Origin: a virus
Lineage: Duplodnaviria; Heunggongvirae; Uroviricota; Caudoviricetes
DNA length: 37,974 bases
Direction: 5' to 3' (one strand)
IMG/VR virus record: IMGVR_UViG_2548877011_000015
Shown here: piece after piece, positions 1-9,937 of the stretch
Numbering within the stretch: the first letter of the stretch is position 1
How the letters are laid out: every line of letters starts with the position of its first letter
The notes under the pieces: model-generated
Database searches by the model: none
Told to the model about the DNA's origin: nothing
The model's input: only the letters and a program-made list of their open reading frames with translations
Position numbers and translations under genes: made by a program

Positions 1-1053
1 TTACGGGGTAATGCCAACCGCTGCCGCCACTTTGTCGCCACTTGGCAGCGTTGCCAGAGGATTGAAACGGAGCGCCGTTTCCAGATGATCCGGTGCCAGA
101 TGAGCGTAACGCATAGTCATTTTTATATCGTGATGTCCGAGGATTTTTTGCAAAGCAAGGATATTTCCACCCGACATCATGAAATGCGCCGCAAACGTAT
201 GGCGCAGAACGTGTGTCAGTTGACCGCGAGGGAGCACGATTGACGTTTTTTCCATCACGGATAAAAATTGAAAATAGCAGTCTGTGAAGAAATTGAACCC
301 ATCAAGCGCCATGATCTCTTCATAAAGCTCTTTACTGATAGGGATGCTTCTGTTTTTCTTCCCCTTCGTTCTTACAAAGGTAATTCGGTATTTAGTCACC
401 TGTGATCGGGTAAGGTTTATTGCTTCTCGCCAGCGTGCGCCTGTGCTTAAGCATATCTTGACTACCAGTGCCAGAATTGGGTCCTGACGTTTGCAATCAG
501 CCAGCAGTTCAACAATCTGCTCATGGGTAAGCCATGCCATCTCTTTTTCTGCGATGGTGAATTTTCGCATGTTCTCCAGTGGGTTTGGATACGACCATTC
601 GCCCAGGCGGGATAGTTCGCTAAAAACACTACTTAGATAGCTTTGCTCCAGGTTAATGGTGACCGGGCTTGCTCCTTTCTTCCATTTCTCGCTGAAGTAG
701 ATCTCACCTGTCAGGCGTTTATCTCGATAGTGGGCAAACATTTTAGAGGTGAGATCGGTTGCAAGGGGATTGCCCAGAGCGTCAACCATCAACAGCAATT
801 TATCATAGACATGCTGCCCAGCGGTTAGAGATTTACCATGTAGTTTGAACCATAGCTCAACCACGTCTTTCAGTGTTCGACGATCCACTGATTCTCCCAG
901 CCAGGGCTTTGCTTCGGTTTCTTCCATCGTATGGCGCTCAAAAGCCAGAGCTTCGCCTTTGGTGGCGAATTGTTTACGCACACGACGCCCACTACGTCCG
1001 GCGGGGTAACATTCGCAAAGCCATTTTCCTGTGGTGAGTTTTCGTACTGCCAT
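1..1053 (-). CDS. int: tyrosine integrase (P2/186 type)
   Basis: ORF track 1..1131; ATG at 1051-1053 gives MAVRKLTTGKW...; C-terminal half carries the typical tyrosine recombinase region (HVLRHTFAAHFMMSGGNILALQKILGHHDIKMTMRYAHL). Stop codon is at bases 1-3. Confidence 0.9.
   Translation of the reverse strand: MAVRKLTTGKWLCECYPAGRSGRRVRKQFATKGEALAFERHTMEETEAKPWLGESVDRRTLKDVVELWFKLHGKSLTAGQHVYDKLLLMVDALGNPLATDLTSKMFAHYRDKRLTGEIYFSEKWKKGASPVTINLEQSYLSSVFSELSRLGEWSYPNPLENMRKFTIAEKEMAWLTHEQIVELLADCKRQDPILALVVKICLSTGARWREAINLTRSQVTKYRITFVRTKGKKNRSIPISKELYEEIMALDGFNFFTDCYFQFLSVMEKTSIVLPRGQLTHVLRHTFAAHFMMSGGNILALQKILGHHDIKMTMRYAHLAPDHLETALRFNPLATLPSGDKVAAAVGITP
20..41. repeat. candidate attL core (direct repeat gctgccgccaCtttgtcgcca)
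   Basis: 21/22 identical to 35121..35142; lies inside the 3' end of int, as expected when the att core overlaps the integrase C-terminus. Confidence 0.5.
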
Positions 1054-1239
1054 AAAAAATGCCCTCCAATAGAGAGCATTTTTACTGTATGTATAACCAG
1101 TGTCAATGTATGAAATCCTGCGACCATACATCTCACTGAAGCCATAATGAAGTTGGCTATTTTTTGCTATGTGAGTATGTGACTTTTGCGGTTAGCCTGC
1201 GGCTCATTGTTATATTAGGCGCAGATATAAAAGCAAAAT

Positions 1240-1431
1240 TTATCGCGAGTTTTTAGTACAGATTTTTTTTGATTTACTAATAGTTCCATCATTGCAAACG
1301 AACTTTCCATCGGAGGTACAGTGAGAGACACCTCCCTTTTTCCCAGAACAAGGATAATTTTTAGCATAGGTAGTTAGTGGGTTTAATAACAAAGAGCATG
1401 ATAAAACCACAAAAAATACCTTACCAAGCAT
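1240..1431 (-). CDS. small secreted Cys-containing basic peptide (63 aa), likely moron
   Basis: ATG at 1429-1431 with strong GGAGG SD upstream; N-terminal signal-peptide-like segment [23 protein letters not shown] followed by 40-aa K-rich mature part with 4 Cys; local AT-rich composition. Confidence 0.5.
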   Translation of the reverse strand: MLGKVFFVVLSCSLLLNPLTTYAKNYPCSGKKGGVSHCTSDGKFVCNDGTISKSKKICTKNSR

Positions 1432-1446
1432 AGTTTCCTCCCGGTA

Positions 1447-2016
1447 TTACCTAACGTACTTAATTGTTAAACTTATAATTTTCCCAATTATTTCAACATC
1501 TTCTATCTTGCACTCGAAGGCTCTGTTTCCACCTTCAACGAAGATTCTTCCACCGGGTAAACGAGTAATGTCGCGGATTGTTATTTCGCCATCAATACTT
1601 ATTACCCATTTACCGTCACGTATATCATCAAATTCTTTATCACAAATAAATTCAGAATTGTTATCTGTGATGACAAAAGGTTTTTTAAACGTAGAGGGTA
1701 GAAATCCCTTATCAAAAATATAAAAACCGTCTTCACGCAAGGCACCATCAGATAATACATATTTAGCAACTTCCATAGTATTTGTATTACCTGAAGTTTG
1801 CTTTGAACCATGTCCGGTTGTGAGCCAATTAAGCGAGGTGCCCGTTTCAAGGGCGCACTGGATTACCCATTCTGCTGGGAATGAGTCACGCATGTAGCGT
1901 GTGGCGAGTGTACTTTTAGAGATTCCTAAATGATCGCACAACGCCTGTCGAGTTTTGAATCCATAAGCTTCTACCATGCGCTCTATAGCGCCTCGTCCGC
2001 CTTTCTCCAAATTCAT
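1447..2016 (-). CDS. cI: CI-like immunity repressor (186 CI-like)
   Basis: ~190 aa, position and orientation between int and the apl/cII early operon; N-terminal HTH-like segment (TRQALCDHLGISKSTLATRYMRD). ATG at 2014-2016 preceded by GGAG; GTG at 2022 is an alternative start. Confidence 0.7.
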   Translation of the reverse strand: MNLEKGGRGAIERMVEAYGFKTRQALCDHLGISKSTLATRYMRDSFPAEWVIQCALETGTSLNWLTTGHGSKQTSGNTNTMEVAKYVLSDGALREDGFYIFDKGFLPSTFKKPFVITDNNSEFICDKEFDDIRDGKWVISIDGEITIRDITRLPGGRIFVEGGNRAFECKIEDVEIIGKIISLTIKYVR

Positions 2017-2022
2017 GGTCAC

Positions 2023-2141
2023 TCCAAGTGAACTTTTATCTTGACGATTTCACTGTGCGATCGTATGTTTATGGTGTTCACAAAATACAAACGATCCGTA
2101 TTCGTCCTGATTAATCATCATTAAACGAGGAATGTTGCATC
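2023..2141. promoter_or_regulatory. lysis-lysogeny switch region (promoter/operator candidates)
   Basis: Divergent intergenic between cI and apl; candidate -35 ttgacg (2041-2046) and -10 tatgtt (2064-2069) with 17-bp spacer pointing toward apl; short repeated cactgtg/ttcac elements. Confidence 0.35.
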
Positions 2142-2363
2142 ATGAGACCTAACATTTCAATCACTCTTACCACGCCTCATGTGACTATTGAACGCTATAG
2201 CGAGCTGACAGGGCTGTCCATCGATACCATCAATGACATGTTGGCTGACGGACGCCTTATCCGTCACCGTCTGCGCAAAGATAAAAAACGTGAAAAAGTG
2301 ATGATCAACATAGCAGCCATGACCGTTGATGCGCTTTCAGAATGCAATCTAAACCTTAATTAG
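2142..2363 (+). CDS. apl: Apl/Cox-like excisionase-regulator
   Basis: 73-aa first gene of the rightward early operon immediately after the switch, same size and position as 186 Apl / P2 Cox. Confidence 0.6.
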   Translation: MRPNISITLTTPHVTIERYSELTGLSIDTINDMLADGRLIRHRLRKDKKREKVMINIAAMTVDALSECNLNLN

Positions 2364-2395
2364 TTCGATTCTGAAATACATCAGAGGCATTGACC

Positions 2396-2905
2396 ATGTT
2401 TGATTACCAAGTTTCCAAACATCCACATTTTGATGAAGCCTGTCGTGCATTCGCATTGCGCCACAACCTAGTGCAACTGGCAGAACGTGCAGGCATGAAT
2501 GTGCAGATTCTGCGGAACAAGCTGAACCCAGCTCAACCTCATTTATTAACCGCACCAGAAATCTGGTTGCTTACCGATCTGACTGAAGATTCAACGCTGG
2601 TAGATGGCTTTCTGGCACAGATTCACTGCCTGCCATGTGTACCGATTAATGAGGTGGCAAAAGAGAAACTGCCGCATTACGTCATGAGTGCAACTGCAGA
2701 GATAGGGCGTGTCGCGGCAGGTGCGGTTTCTGGCGATGTAAAAACCAGTGCAGGCCGTCGTGATGCGATCAGCAGCATTAACTCTGTTACACGACTGATG
2801 GCGCTGGCTGCTGTTTCATTGCAGGCCCGTTTACAGGCTAATCCTGCGATGGCGAGTGCAGTTGATACCGTGACTGGCCTCGGTGCTTCATTCGGTTTGC
2901 TGTGA
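2396..2905 (+). CDS. cII: CII-like transcriptional activator
   Basis: ATG at 2396 preceded by GAGG; 169 aa, same length and position as 186 CII; N-terminal HTH-like region. Confidence 0.6.
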   Translation: MFDYQVSKHPHFDEACRAFALRHNLVQLAERAGMNVQILRNKLNPAQPHLLTAPEIWLLTDLTEDSTLVDGFLAQIHCLPCVPINEVAKEKLPHYVMSATAEIGRVAAGAVSGDVKTSAGRRDAISSINSVTRLMALAAVSLQARLQANPAMASAVDTVTGLGASFGLL

Positions 2906-2912
2906 GGTGCTT

Positions 2913-3113
2913 ATGCTGACGAAAGAACCATCATTTGCATCGCTGCTGGTAAAACAAAGTCCGGCAATGCACTACGGTCACGGCTGGATCATGGGTGAGG
3001 ATGGTAAACGCTGGCATCCGTGCCGTTCACAAGATGAATTGCTGGCAGAACTATCTACGAAAAAACGGGGGAACAAATGGCTATTGAAGGCGCTGCGGCG
3101 ACTGTTCCATTAA
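2913..3113 (+). CDS. small early protein (Fil-like position), hypothetical
   Basis: ATG at 2913 with GAGGTG SD 5 nt upstream; 66 aa; position corresponds to fil in 186. Confidence 0.4.
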   Translation: MLTKEPSFASLLVKQSPAMHYGHGWIMGEDGKRWHPCRSQDELLAELSTKKRGNKWLLKALRRLFH

Positions 3114-3418
3114 GACCCGGTGAACGCCTGAATGGACTTAATCATATTGCGGAGTTAAGGGCGAAAGTTTTTGGTTTGAATATTGAGTCAGAGCTTGAGC
3201 GGTTTATTAAAGATATGCGTGATCCTCGGGATATCAATAATGAACAAAATAAACGGGCACTGGCTGCCATATTCTTTATGGCAAAAATTCCAGCTGAACG
3301 TCATTGCATCAGCATTAATGAGCTGACCACTGACGAAAAGCGGGAGTTGATTAAAGCAATGAATCATTTTCGTGCAGTGGTGAGCTTATTTCCCAGACGG
3401 CTAACCATGCCGAATTAA
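3077..3418 (+). CDS. hypothetical early protein (113 aa)
   Basis: ORF track; ATG at 3077 with GGGGGAA SD; overlaps upstream gene end, suggesting translational coupling. Confidence 0.5.
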   Translation: MAIEGAAATVPLRPGERLNGLNHIAELRAKVFGLNIESELERFIKDMRDPRDINNEQNKRALAAIFFMAKIPAERHCISINELTTDEKRELIKAMNHFRAVVSLFPRRLTMPN

Positions 3419-3485
3419 CCAACTAATGAAATTAATGGCGTAAACCCGCCGGGCATCCCTTTATCTAAATTCAGGAGAATTGCTT

Positions 3486-3719
3486 ATGCGTAATATTGAA
3501 ACCCTCACGACCAAAACCGGACCGGATGATGCAGGTCTTAATCTTTTACTGACAGAGGCTCGTCTGGAAGAACGCCGGGCAAGGGCTGAAGCAATGGCTG
3601 CTCGCCTCGATAGCCTGGCGTGTCATATCACCTCCCGCCAGCTAAACCACGTCGAAGCGGCAGAACTGCTGCGTGTGACTGCTGAAGCAATCCAGAACGA
3701 AGCGCAGGAGATCCACTGA
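3486..3719 (+). CDS. hypothetical early protein (77 aa)
   Basis: ATG at 3486 with AGGAG 8 nt upstream (track start 3480 is a TTG). Confidence 0.5.
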   Translation: MRNIETLTTKTGPDDAGLNLLLTEARLEERRARAEAMAARLDSLACHITSRQLNHVEAAELLRVTAEAIQNEAQEIH

Positions 3720-3946
3720 TGGCTGATGCAATGGATCTCGTACAGCAGCGCGTTGAAGAAGAACGCCAACGCCATATCCGTGCTGCCCGTGCCAAAACGC
3801 CGGGCGTGTCCCGCGTGCTTTGCGTTGAGTGTGAAGCGCCAATTCCGCCAGCACGCCGCCGTGCCATTCCGGGTGTGCAGCTTTGCATTACCTGTCAGGA
3901 AATCGCAGAGCTGAAAGGCAAACATTACAACGGAGGTGCTGTATGA
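3719..3946 (+). CDS. TraR/DksA-family C4 zinc-finger protein
   Basis: 75 aa with CVECEAPIPPARRRAIPGVQLCITCQ four-Cys zinc finger typical of the phage/plasmid TraR-DksA family; ATGA overlaps with both neighbours. Confidence 0.75.
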   Translation: MADAMDLVQQRVEEERQRHIRAARAKTPGVSRVLCVECEAPIPPARRRAIPGVQLCITCQEIAELKGKHYNGGAV

Positions 3947-4797
3947 GCACCATCCTGAAATGGGCAGGAAATAAAACCGCCATAATGTCCGAACTGAAAA
4001 AGCATCTTCCTGCTGGCCCGCGACTGGTTGAACCTTTCGCGGGTTCCTGTGCAGTGATGATGGAGACGGATTATCCCAGCTATCTTGTTGCGGATATTAA
4101 TCCTGATTTAATCAACCTCTATAAAAAGGTTGCTGCTGATTGTGAGGCGTTTATATCTCGTGCCAGAGCTTTATTTGAGGAAGCAAACAGGGAGGTGGCT
4201 TATTACAACATAAGGCAGGAGTTTAATTACTCCACTGAAATTACTGATTTCATGAAAGCGGTATATTTCCTGTATCTCAATCGTCACGGTTACCGTGGTT
4301 TATGTCGCTATAACAAGAGCGGGCATTTCAACATTCCCTACGGTAATTATAAAAATCCGTATTTCCCTGAAAAAGAAATTCGCGCATTTGCAGAGAAAGC
4401 CCAGCGGGCAACGTTTATCTGCGCCAGCTTTGATGAAACGCTGGCGATGTTGAAGGTGGGGGATGTGGTGTATTGCGATCCGCCTTATGACGGTACGTTT
4501 TCCGGCTATCACACTGATGGTTTCACTGAAGATGATCAGTATCACCTGGCATCCATTCTTGAACATCGGTCATCAGAAGGACATCCGGTCATTGTTTCTA
4601 ACAGTAACACGTCTTTGACCCGGTCCCTTTATCGTAATTTCACTCACCACTACATCAGGGCGAAACGCAGCATCGGCGTTGCAGCGGGGGAGGGAAAATT
4701 TGCAACAGAGATGATTGCCACTAAATCTGCTAATTGGTTTAGTGCCGATTTTAGTAGGGGACGTGACTCTACTGTTATTTTCGGGGTGCAAGTGTGA
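3943..4797 (+). CDS. dam: DNA adenine methyltransferase (Dam family, GATC-type N6-A MTase)
   Basis: Close resemblance to E. coli Dam along the whole length: LKWAGNK, motif [23 protein letters not shown], motif IV DPPY. Confidence 0.9.
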   Translation: MSTILKWAGNKTAIMSELKKHLPAGPRLVEPFAGSCAVMMETDYPSYLVADINPDLINLYKKVAADCEAFISRARALFEEANREVAYYNIRQEFNYSTEITDFMKAVYFLYLNRHGYRGLCRYNKSGHFNIPYGNYKNPYFPEKEIRAFAEKAQRATFICASFDETLAMLKVGDVVYCDPPYDGTFSGYHTDGFTEDDQYHLASILEHRSSEGHPVIVSNSNTSLTRSLYRNFTHHYIRAKRSIGVAAGEGKFATEMIATKSANWFSADFSRGRDSTVIFGVQV

Positions 4798-4802
4798 AAG
4801 AA

Positions 4803-5624
4803 ATGCACCACGGAATTCATCATTTCCATGGGACGCCTGTCTGGGGAAGTGCTGGCGACGTTCATCGTATTGCGGTGAGCGGAGCTGGCGCTTTCGTCTC
4901 CTATGTACGGCCAGATCAGATTGCGGCGTCCATTCAGCACGCTCAGGTCGTCGGCATTGATAACGGCGCATTTTCTGCATGGGTGCGTGGGCTAAAAATT
5001 AACTGGAGTGATTTTTATAAATGGCTCCTGAACTATTACCACCATCCTAAGGTCGCTTTTTTTGTCATTCCTGATGTTGTGGACGGAGGTGAACGTGACA
5101 ATGATGCCCTGATAAACGAAGTTCCGAAAATGTTCTACGGGAAGGCAACTCCCGTCTGGCATCTGCACGAGTCAATCGATCGGCTTATCGAGCTATGTCG
5201 TGAATGGCCTCGTGTCTGCTTTGGATCTTCTGGTGAATATGCGGCTATCAGAACTGCGCACTGGCATCGTCGTATGCAGGACGCTTTTGAAGCAATTTAT
5301 TGCCGACACAATTTCAAAACAGCTGTTCATGGTTTGCGCATGCTTGACGGTCGTGTGTTGGGAAATTACCCACTGGCGACTGCCGACAGTACAAATCTTG
5401 CCTGCAATGTCCCCAAATTTAATAGCAAATATCCTGAGCTGACGCGGGCTATTCAGGAGGCTGAGTATTCGCGCAATCTGACGGAAAAGGAGCTGAAAGC
5501 TGTCATTCTGAAAAACCGTTGCGCAATTTTAAAAGGTGCAATTGAAGCTGTTCGCCCACCTTCAGTTTCTGATTGGCTGTCGAATGGTTTGCAGCCTTCA
5601 CAGCTCGAACTGGAGATTGCGTAA
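4803..5624 (+). CDS. conserved early-region protein of unknown function (273 aa)
   Basis: ORF track 4794..5624 (GTG 4794 or ATG 4803); sits between dam and replication gene A; no motif confidently recognised (loose DxGxF / GSSG resemblance only). Confidence 0.5.
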   Translation: MHHGIHHFHGTPVWGSAGDVHRIAVSGAGAFVSYVRPDQIAASIQHAQVVGIDNGAFSAWVRGLKINWSDFYKWLLNYYHHPKVAFFVIPDVVDGGERDNDALINEVPKMFYGKATPVWHLHESIDRLIELCREWPRVCFGSSGEYAAIRTAHWHRRMQDAFEAIYCRHNFKTAVHGLRMLDGRVLGNYPLATADSTNLACNVPKFNSKYPELTRAIQEAEYSRNLTEKELKAVILKNRCAILKGAIEAVRPPSVSDWLSNGLQPSQLELEIA

Positions 5625-7996
5625 TGAACTACAGCTATTCCTGGAATGCTGAGAAAAAAGCAATCAATCCTTACGTAGAGACAGAAGAGCAATCTTCAGT
5701 TTCTGCGCTTTCAAACCTGATCGCTCTGTACGCTGCCGATAACGAGCAGGAACAGCTGCGCCGCGAGGCACTGAGTGATCAGGTCTGGGAGCGTTATTTC
5801 TTTAATGAATCCCGTGATCCTGTCCAGCGCGAAATGGAGCAGGATAAGCTCATTAGTCGGGCAAAGCTGGCGCATGAGCAGCAGCGTTTTAATCCAGATA
5901 TGGTCATTCTGGCGGACGTCAATGCCCAGCCTTCCCATATCAGCAAGCCGCTGATGCAACGTATTGAATACTTCAGCAGCCTGGGCAGGCCAAAGGCTTA
6001 TTCCCGCTATTTGCGTGAGACGATTAAGCCATGTCTGGAACGGCTGGAGCATGTACGCGACTGTCAGCTATCCACTTCTTTTCGCTTTATGGCAAGCCAT
6101 GAAGGGCTGGACGGCCTGCTGATCCTGCCTGAAATGAGTCAGGATCAGGTGAAACGCCTGTCCACCCTGGTAGCTGCGCATATGAGCATGTGCCTTGATG
6201 CAGCTTGTGGCGATTTGTATGTCACCGATGACGTTAAGCCAGAAGAAATCCGCAAAACATGGGAAAAGGTGGCAGCGGAAACCCTGCATCTGGATGTCAT
6301 CCCGCCTGCGTTTGAGCAACTCCGCCGGAAAAGAAACCGCCGTAAACCCGTGCCCTATGAACTCATTCCGGGTTCGCTGGCGCGTATGTTGTGCGCTGAC
6401 TGGTGGTACCGGAAATTATGGAAGATGCGTTGCGAATGGCGGGAAGAGCAGTTGCGTGCTGTCTGCCTGGTCAGCAAAAAAGCATCTCCCTATGTCAGCT
6501 ATGAAGCCGTGATGCATAAACGTGAGCAGCGCCGTAAGTCGCTGGAGTTTTTTCGTTCTCATGAACTGGTGAACGAAGACGGCGACACGCTGGACATGGA
6601 GGATGTGGTAAACGCCAGCAGCAGCAACCCTGCGCATCGCCGCAATGAGATGATGGCCTGTGTTAAAGGCCTGGAGCTTATCGCGGAAATGCGCGGTGAC
6701 TGCGCCGTTTTCTACACCATCACCTGTCCGTCACGTTTCCATTCCACGCTAAATAATGGCAGGCCCAACCCAACTTGGACAAATGCGACGGTAAGACAAA
6801 GCAGTGATTATCTGGTCGGCATGTTTGCTGCATTTCGTAAGGCGATGCACAAAGCCGGATTGCGGTGGTATGGCGTGCGGGTGGCTGAGCCGCATCATGA
6901 CGGTACAGTTCACTGGCACCTGTTGTGTTTTATGCGCAAAAAAGACCGCCGCGCCATCACTGCATTACTGCGTAAGTTTGCCATCCGTGAAGACCGCGAG
7001 GAACTGGGCAATAACACTGGGCCGCGCTTTAAGTCTGAGTTGATTAACCCGCGCAAAGGTACGCCAACAAGCTACATCGCGAAATACATCAGTAAGAACA
7101 TTGACGGGCGTGGTCTGGCTGGCGAGATCAGCAAGGAAACGGGGAAATCCCTGCGTGATAATGCTGAATACGTTAATGCCTGGGCGTCTCTGCATCGTGT
7201 TCAGCAATTCCGCTTCTTTGGCATTCCGGGGCGTCAGGCTTACCGTGAACTGCGATTGCTGGCTGGTCAGGCGGCAAGGCAACAGGGGGACAAAAAAGCA
7301 GGTGCGCGGGTACTGGATAACCCGCGCCTTGATGCCATCCTGGCTGCTGCTGATGCTGGTTGTTTTGCTACCTACATCATGAAGCAGGGCGGCGTACTGG
7401 TTCCCCGCAAATATCACCTCATCAGAACCGCTTATGAAATCAACGAAGAGCCGACCGCCTATGGCGATCACGGCATTCGTATTTATGGCATCTGGTCACC
7501 TATTGCAGAGGGCAAGATCTGCACTCATGCCGTGAAGTGGAAAATGGTTCGTAAGGCCGTTGATGTTCAGGAGGCGGCAGCCGACCAGGGCGCTTGCGCC
7601 CCTTGGACTCGTGGCAATAACTGTCCCCTTGCTGAAAATTTGAACCAACAGGAGAAAGATAAATCAGCTGATGGGGACCCCAGAACGGACATTACCAGCA
7701 TGGATGACAAGGAGTTGCACGATTACCTGCACAGTATGAACAAAAAAGAGCGCCGGGAACTGGCTGCAAGGGTACGCCTGGTGAAACCGAAACGGCGTAA
7801 AGACTACAAACAGCAAATTACAGACCATCAGAGACTGCAGCTCGTCTATGAGCTGAAGTCCAGAGGATTTGATGGTAGCGAGAAAGAGGTCGATTTACTC
7901 CTTCGCGGCGGCAGTATTCCGTCAGGAGCAGGCCTGCGTATCTTCTATCGGAACCAGCGTTTGCAAGAAGATGATCAGTGGCGGAACCTGTATTAA
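5624..7996 (+). CDS. A: replication initiation protein A (rolling-circle nickase, P2 gpA-like)
   Basis: 790 aa from ATG at 5624 (TAATG overlap with upstream gene); size and position of P2/186 gene A; contains the paired-tyrosine region YIAKYISK. Confidence 0.85.
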   Translation: MNYSYSWNAEKKAINPYVETEEQSSVSALSNLIALYAADNEQEQLRREALSDQVWERYFFNESRDPVQREMEQDKLISRAKLAHEQQRFNPDMVILADVNAQPSHISKPLMQRIEYFSSLGRPKAYSRYLRETIKPCLERLEHVRDCQLSTSFRFMASHEGLDGLLILPEMSQDQVKRLSTLVAAHMSMCLDAACGDLYVTDDVKPEEIRKTWEKVAAETLHLDVIPPAFEQLRRKRNRRKPVPYELIPGSLARMLCADWWYRKLWKMRCEWREEQLRAVCLVSKKASPYVSYEAVMHKREQRRKSLEFFRSHELVNEDGDTLDMEDVVNASSSNPAHRRNEMMACVKGLELIAEMRGDCAVFYTITCPSRFHSTLNNGRPNPTWTNATVRQSSDYLVGMFAAFRKAMHKAGLRWYGVRVAEPHHDGTVHWHLLCFMRKKDRRAITALLRKFAIREDREELGNNTGPRFKSELINPRKGTPTSYIAKYISKNIDGRGLAGEISKETGKSLRDNAEYVNAWASLHRVQQFRFFGIPGRQAYRELRLLAGQAARQQGDKKAGARVLDNPRLDAILAAADAGCFATYIMKQGGVLVPRKYHLIRTAYEINEEPTAYGDHGIRIYGIWSPIAEGKICTHAVKWKMVRKAVDVQEAAADQGACAPWTRGNNCPLAENLNQQEKDKSADGDPRTDITSMDDKELHDYLHSMNKKERRELAARVRLVKPKRRKDYKQQITDHQRLQLVYELKSRGFDGSEKEVDLLLRGGSIPSGAGLRIFYRNQRLQEDDQWRNLY

Positions 7997-8090
7997 TTTC
8001 GCGGGTTAACAATTCGTGCTCTTAATAATACCAGGCATATCAGGCTGATGAACGTAAAAAAACGTTTTACATCAGTAAGATTATTATACA

Positions 8091-8106
8091 CTGTAAATAT
8101 AAACAG
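8091..8106. promoter_or_regulatory. LexA (SOS) box CTGT-N8-ACAG
   Basis: ctgtaaatataaacag is a perfect CTGT-N8-ACAG match with AT-rich spacer, ~45 bp upstream of the tum-like ORF start. Confidence 0.7.
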
Positions 8107-8149
8107 TAGTTATACATACAGTATTGCGTGTGGTGTCATAGGAGGAAAG

Positions 8150-8338
8150 ATGCAGGACTATTTTTTGGAGTCTTTGAAGCTCCAGCGCATTGATTTTTTT
8201 CTTAAGCTTGTAGCGGCTAGTGAGTGTAGTGATGAAGAGAAGGGGCTGGCTCTGCAGTGGGTTTCTGAATTGACTGATGAACTCATGGCAAAAATCAGAA
8301 CCCACGAATACAACCGCTCAATGGATGTCATCAGCTGA
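8150..8338 (+). CDS. Tum-like SOS-inducible protein, N-terminal ORF (62 aa)
   Basis: ATG at 8150 with AGGAGGA SD; directly downstream of the LexA box, in the position of 186 tum. Confidence 0.45.
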   Translation: MQDYFLESLKLQRIDFFLKLVAASECSDEEKGLALQWVSELTDELMAKIRTHEYNRSMDVIS

Positions 8339-8348
8339 GGTGACTTTT

Positions 8349-8582
8349 ATGCGCATTGAAATAATGATCGATAAAGAGCAGAAGATTAGCCAGTCTACCC
8401 TGGACGCCCTTGAATCCGAGCTTTACCGCAATCTGCGCCCCCTGTATCCCAAAACGGTAATTCGTATCCGTAAAGGTAGCTCTAACGGTGTGGAACTGAC
8501 CGGACTGCAACTGGATGAAGAAAGAAAACAAGTGATGAAAATTATGCAGAAGGTGTGGGAAGACGACAGCTGGCTGCATTAA
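8349..8582 (+). CDS. DinI-family protein
   Basis: 77 aa MRIEIMIDKEQKISQSTLDALESELYRNLRPLYPKTVIRIRKGSSNGVELTGL...WEDDSWL is collinear with E. coli DinI (MRIEV...); GAGGTG SD upstream. Confidence 0.8.
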   Translation: MRIEIMIDKEQKISQSTLDALESELYRNLRPLYPKTVIRIRKGSSNGVELTGLQLDEERKQVMKIMQKVWEDDSWLH

Positions 8583-8590
8583 GAAACGTT

Positions 8591-8620
8591 GCCCCCAAGA
8601 GGATTTATCCTGTTGGGGGG
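8591..8620 (+). terminator. stem-loop after DinI-like gene (terminator candidate)
   Basis: gcccccaagaggat tt atcctgttggggg imperfect palindrome immediately after the stop, followed by a weak T stretch (agtttggg). Confidence 0.4.
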
Positions 8621-9070
8621 AGTTTGGGCAACGAGTGAAATGAGGTGTAAGGTGGGCGGTCATTTTGATAAGTGATCGTCCACTTTGTGTCAGAACCTGA
8701 TGTTTGTTGTACATTCGGACGAATAGGCGGCGTTGTTTGCTTTAAAAATAAAACAGGAACACTTTGAGAAAGTGAACAGGTGTATTTATTTGTTGCTGAT
8801 GAATGAGAGTAACTCTAATTTGGATAATTAGCTTGATAATAGGTCAGACGAAAATAATATTCCAGCACACTTTTGGTCGCAACAGGCATTAGTTAATTTT
8901 AAGTGATAAATTTTTATCCATAAATTAACACTAGTGTGTCATCTAGCGAAACCGAATCGCTTTAACTCATAACTTGAAGTTGAATCAGTGGGGTAGCAGT
9001 AGGCATGCCGGAACTGATAAACTGTGCAGAAGGCTAAACATTCATTCACTCGTGAGATAGTAGCTAAATT

Positions 9071-9937
9071 ATGCAAAGAATTATTCCTGATAAAAATTGG
9101 TGGGAAAAAGAGCGTATTAATCGTAAAGCATCATCAATATGCCCATATGCTAGTTCATACAGATGTCCTCGATACTATCAGAGTGTAGTTTTGCTCTCAA
9201 GCATCAATGTGATAGCTGGTATGGCAACTAGGAAAGAAAAAGAGTTGGGTGAATTTTGGGAAAGAACCACTTTCTCATCTTTATGTGATGAAGAAGTCCC
9301 TACAGTTACTACAAAAGAATATGGCGGCCTTGCATCAGTTAGTAATTTTTGCCCAGAAATATCATTTAGATATTTACACTACTACGCCGATTATATGTGT
9401 AAATATGTTGATGAGATAGATCAGGACACTGGCAGGCGTATTGCGGAAAAAGATAATTTAGAAAATGATTGGAAATATACATGGATGTCAGTCAATCCTA
9501 AATTTTATTTAGATTGCGATGTTTTTGAAAGTGTCAAAAATTTCAATGAAGAATTGGCTAGTGATTACTTAAAAAGATTGCACCCAAATATCGTTCAGCA
9601 AATAGATAGAATGAATAATTGCTTGGATAATAATGATCCGGCAGGTGCACTGCACGCAGCCTCTAATATTTTAGAAACTATGGCTAAGGAAATCACTCAA
9701 AACCCGAATGTGGCAAATGAGTCATTGGGTGGTTTTTTTAAACAGTTCGAAAAAATGTCAAAATTACCTAAGAATCTTATTGATGCTGTTAAAGATATTT
9801 ATGATTTACGCAACAAATTACCTACTGCTGGACACGGAAGCTTGAACAAGCCTGAATTGACTATGGTAGAAGCTATAACTATTGCGGCAATGACAAAGGC
9901 GATTTTAGAAATTGAATATCGAAGCAAAGCCATCTAA
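9071..9937 (+). CDS. hypothetical protein (288 aa), accessory island; possible Abi-like
   Basis: ATG at 9071; low-GC; N-terminal Cys cluster CPYASSYRCPRYY; C-terminal LRNKLPTAGHGS (R-N...G-H-G) reminiscent of Abi_C/HEPN-type motifs; occupies the P2 tin/old hotspot between the replication module and cos. Confidence 0.5.
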   Translation: MQRIIPDKNWWEKERINRKASSICPYASSYRCPRYYQSVVLLSSINVIAGMATRKEKELGEFWERTTFSSLCDEEVPTVTTKEYGGLASVSNFCPEISFRYLHYYADYMCKYVDEIDQDTGRRIAEKDNLENDWKYTWMSVNPKFYLDCDVFESVKNFNEELASDYLKRLHPNIVQQIDRMNNCLDNNDPAGALHAASNILETMAKEITQNPNVANESLGGFFKQFEKMSKLPKNLIDAVKDIYDLRNKLPTAGHGSLNKPELTMVEAITIAAMTKAILEIEYRSKAI

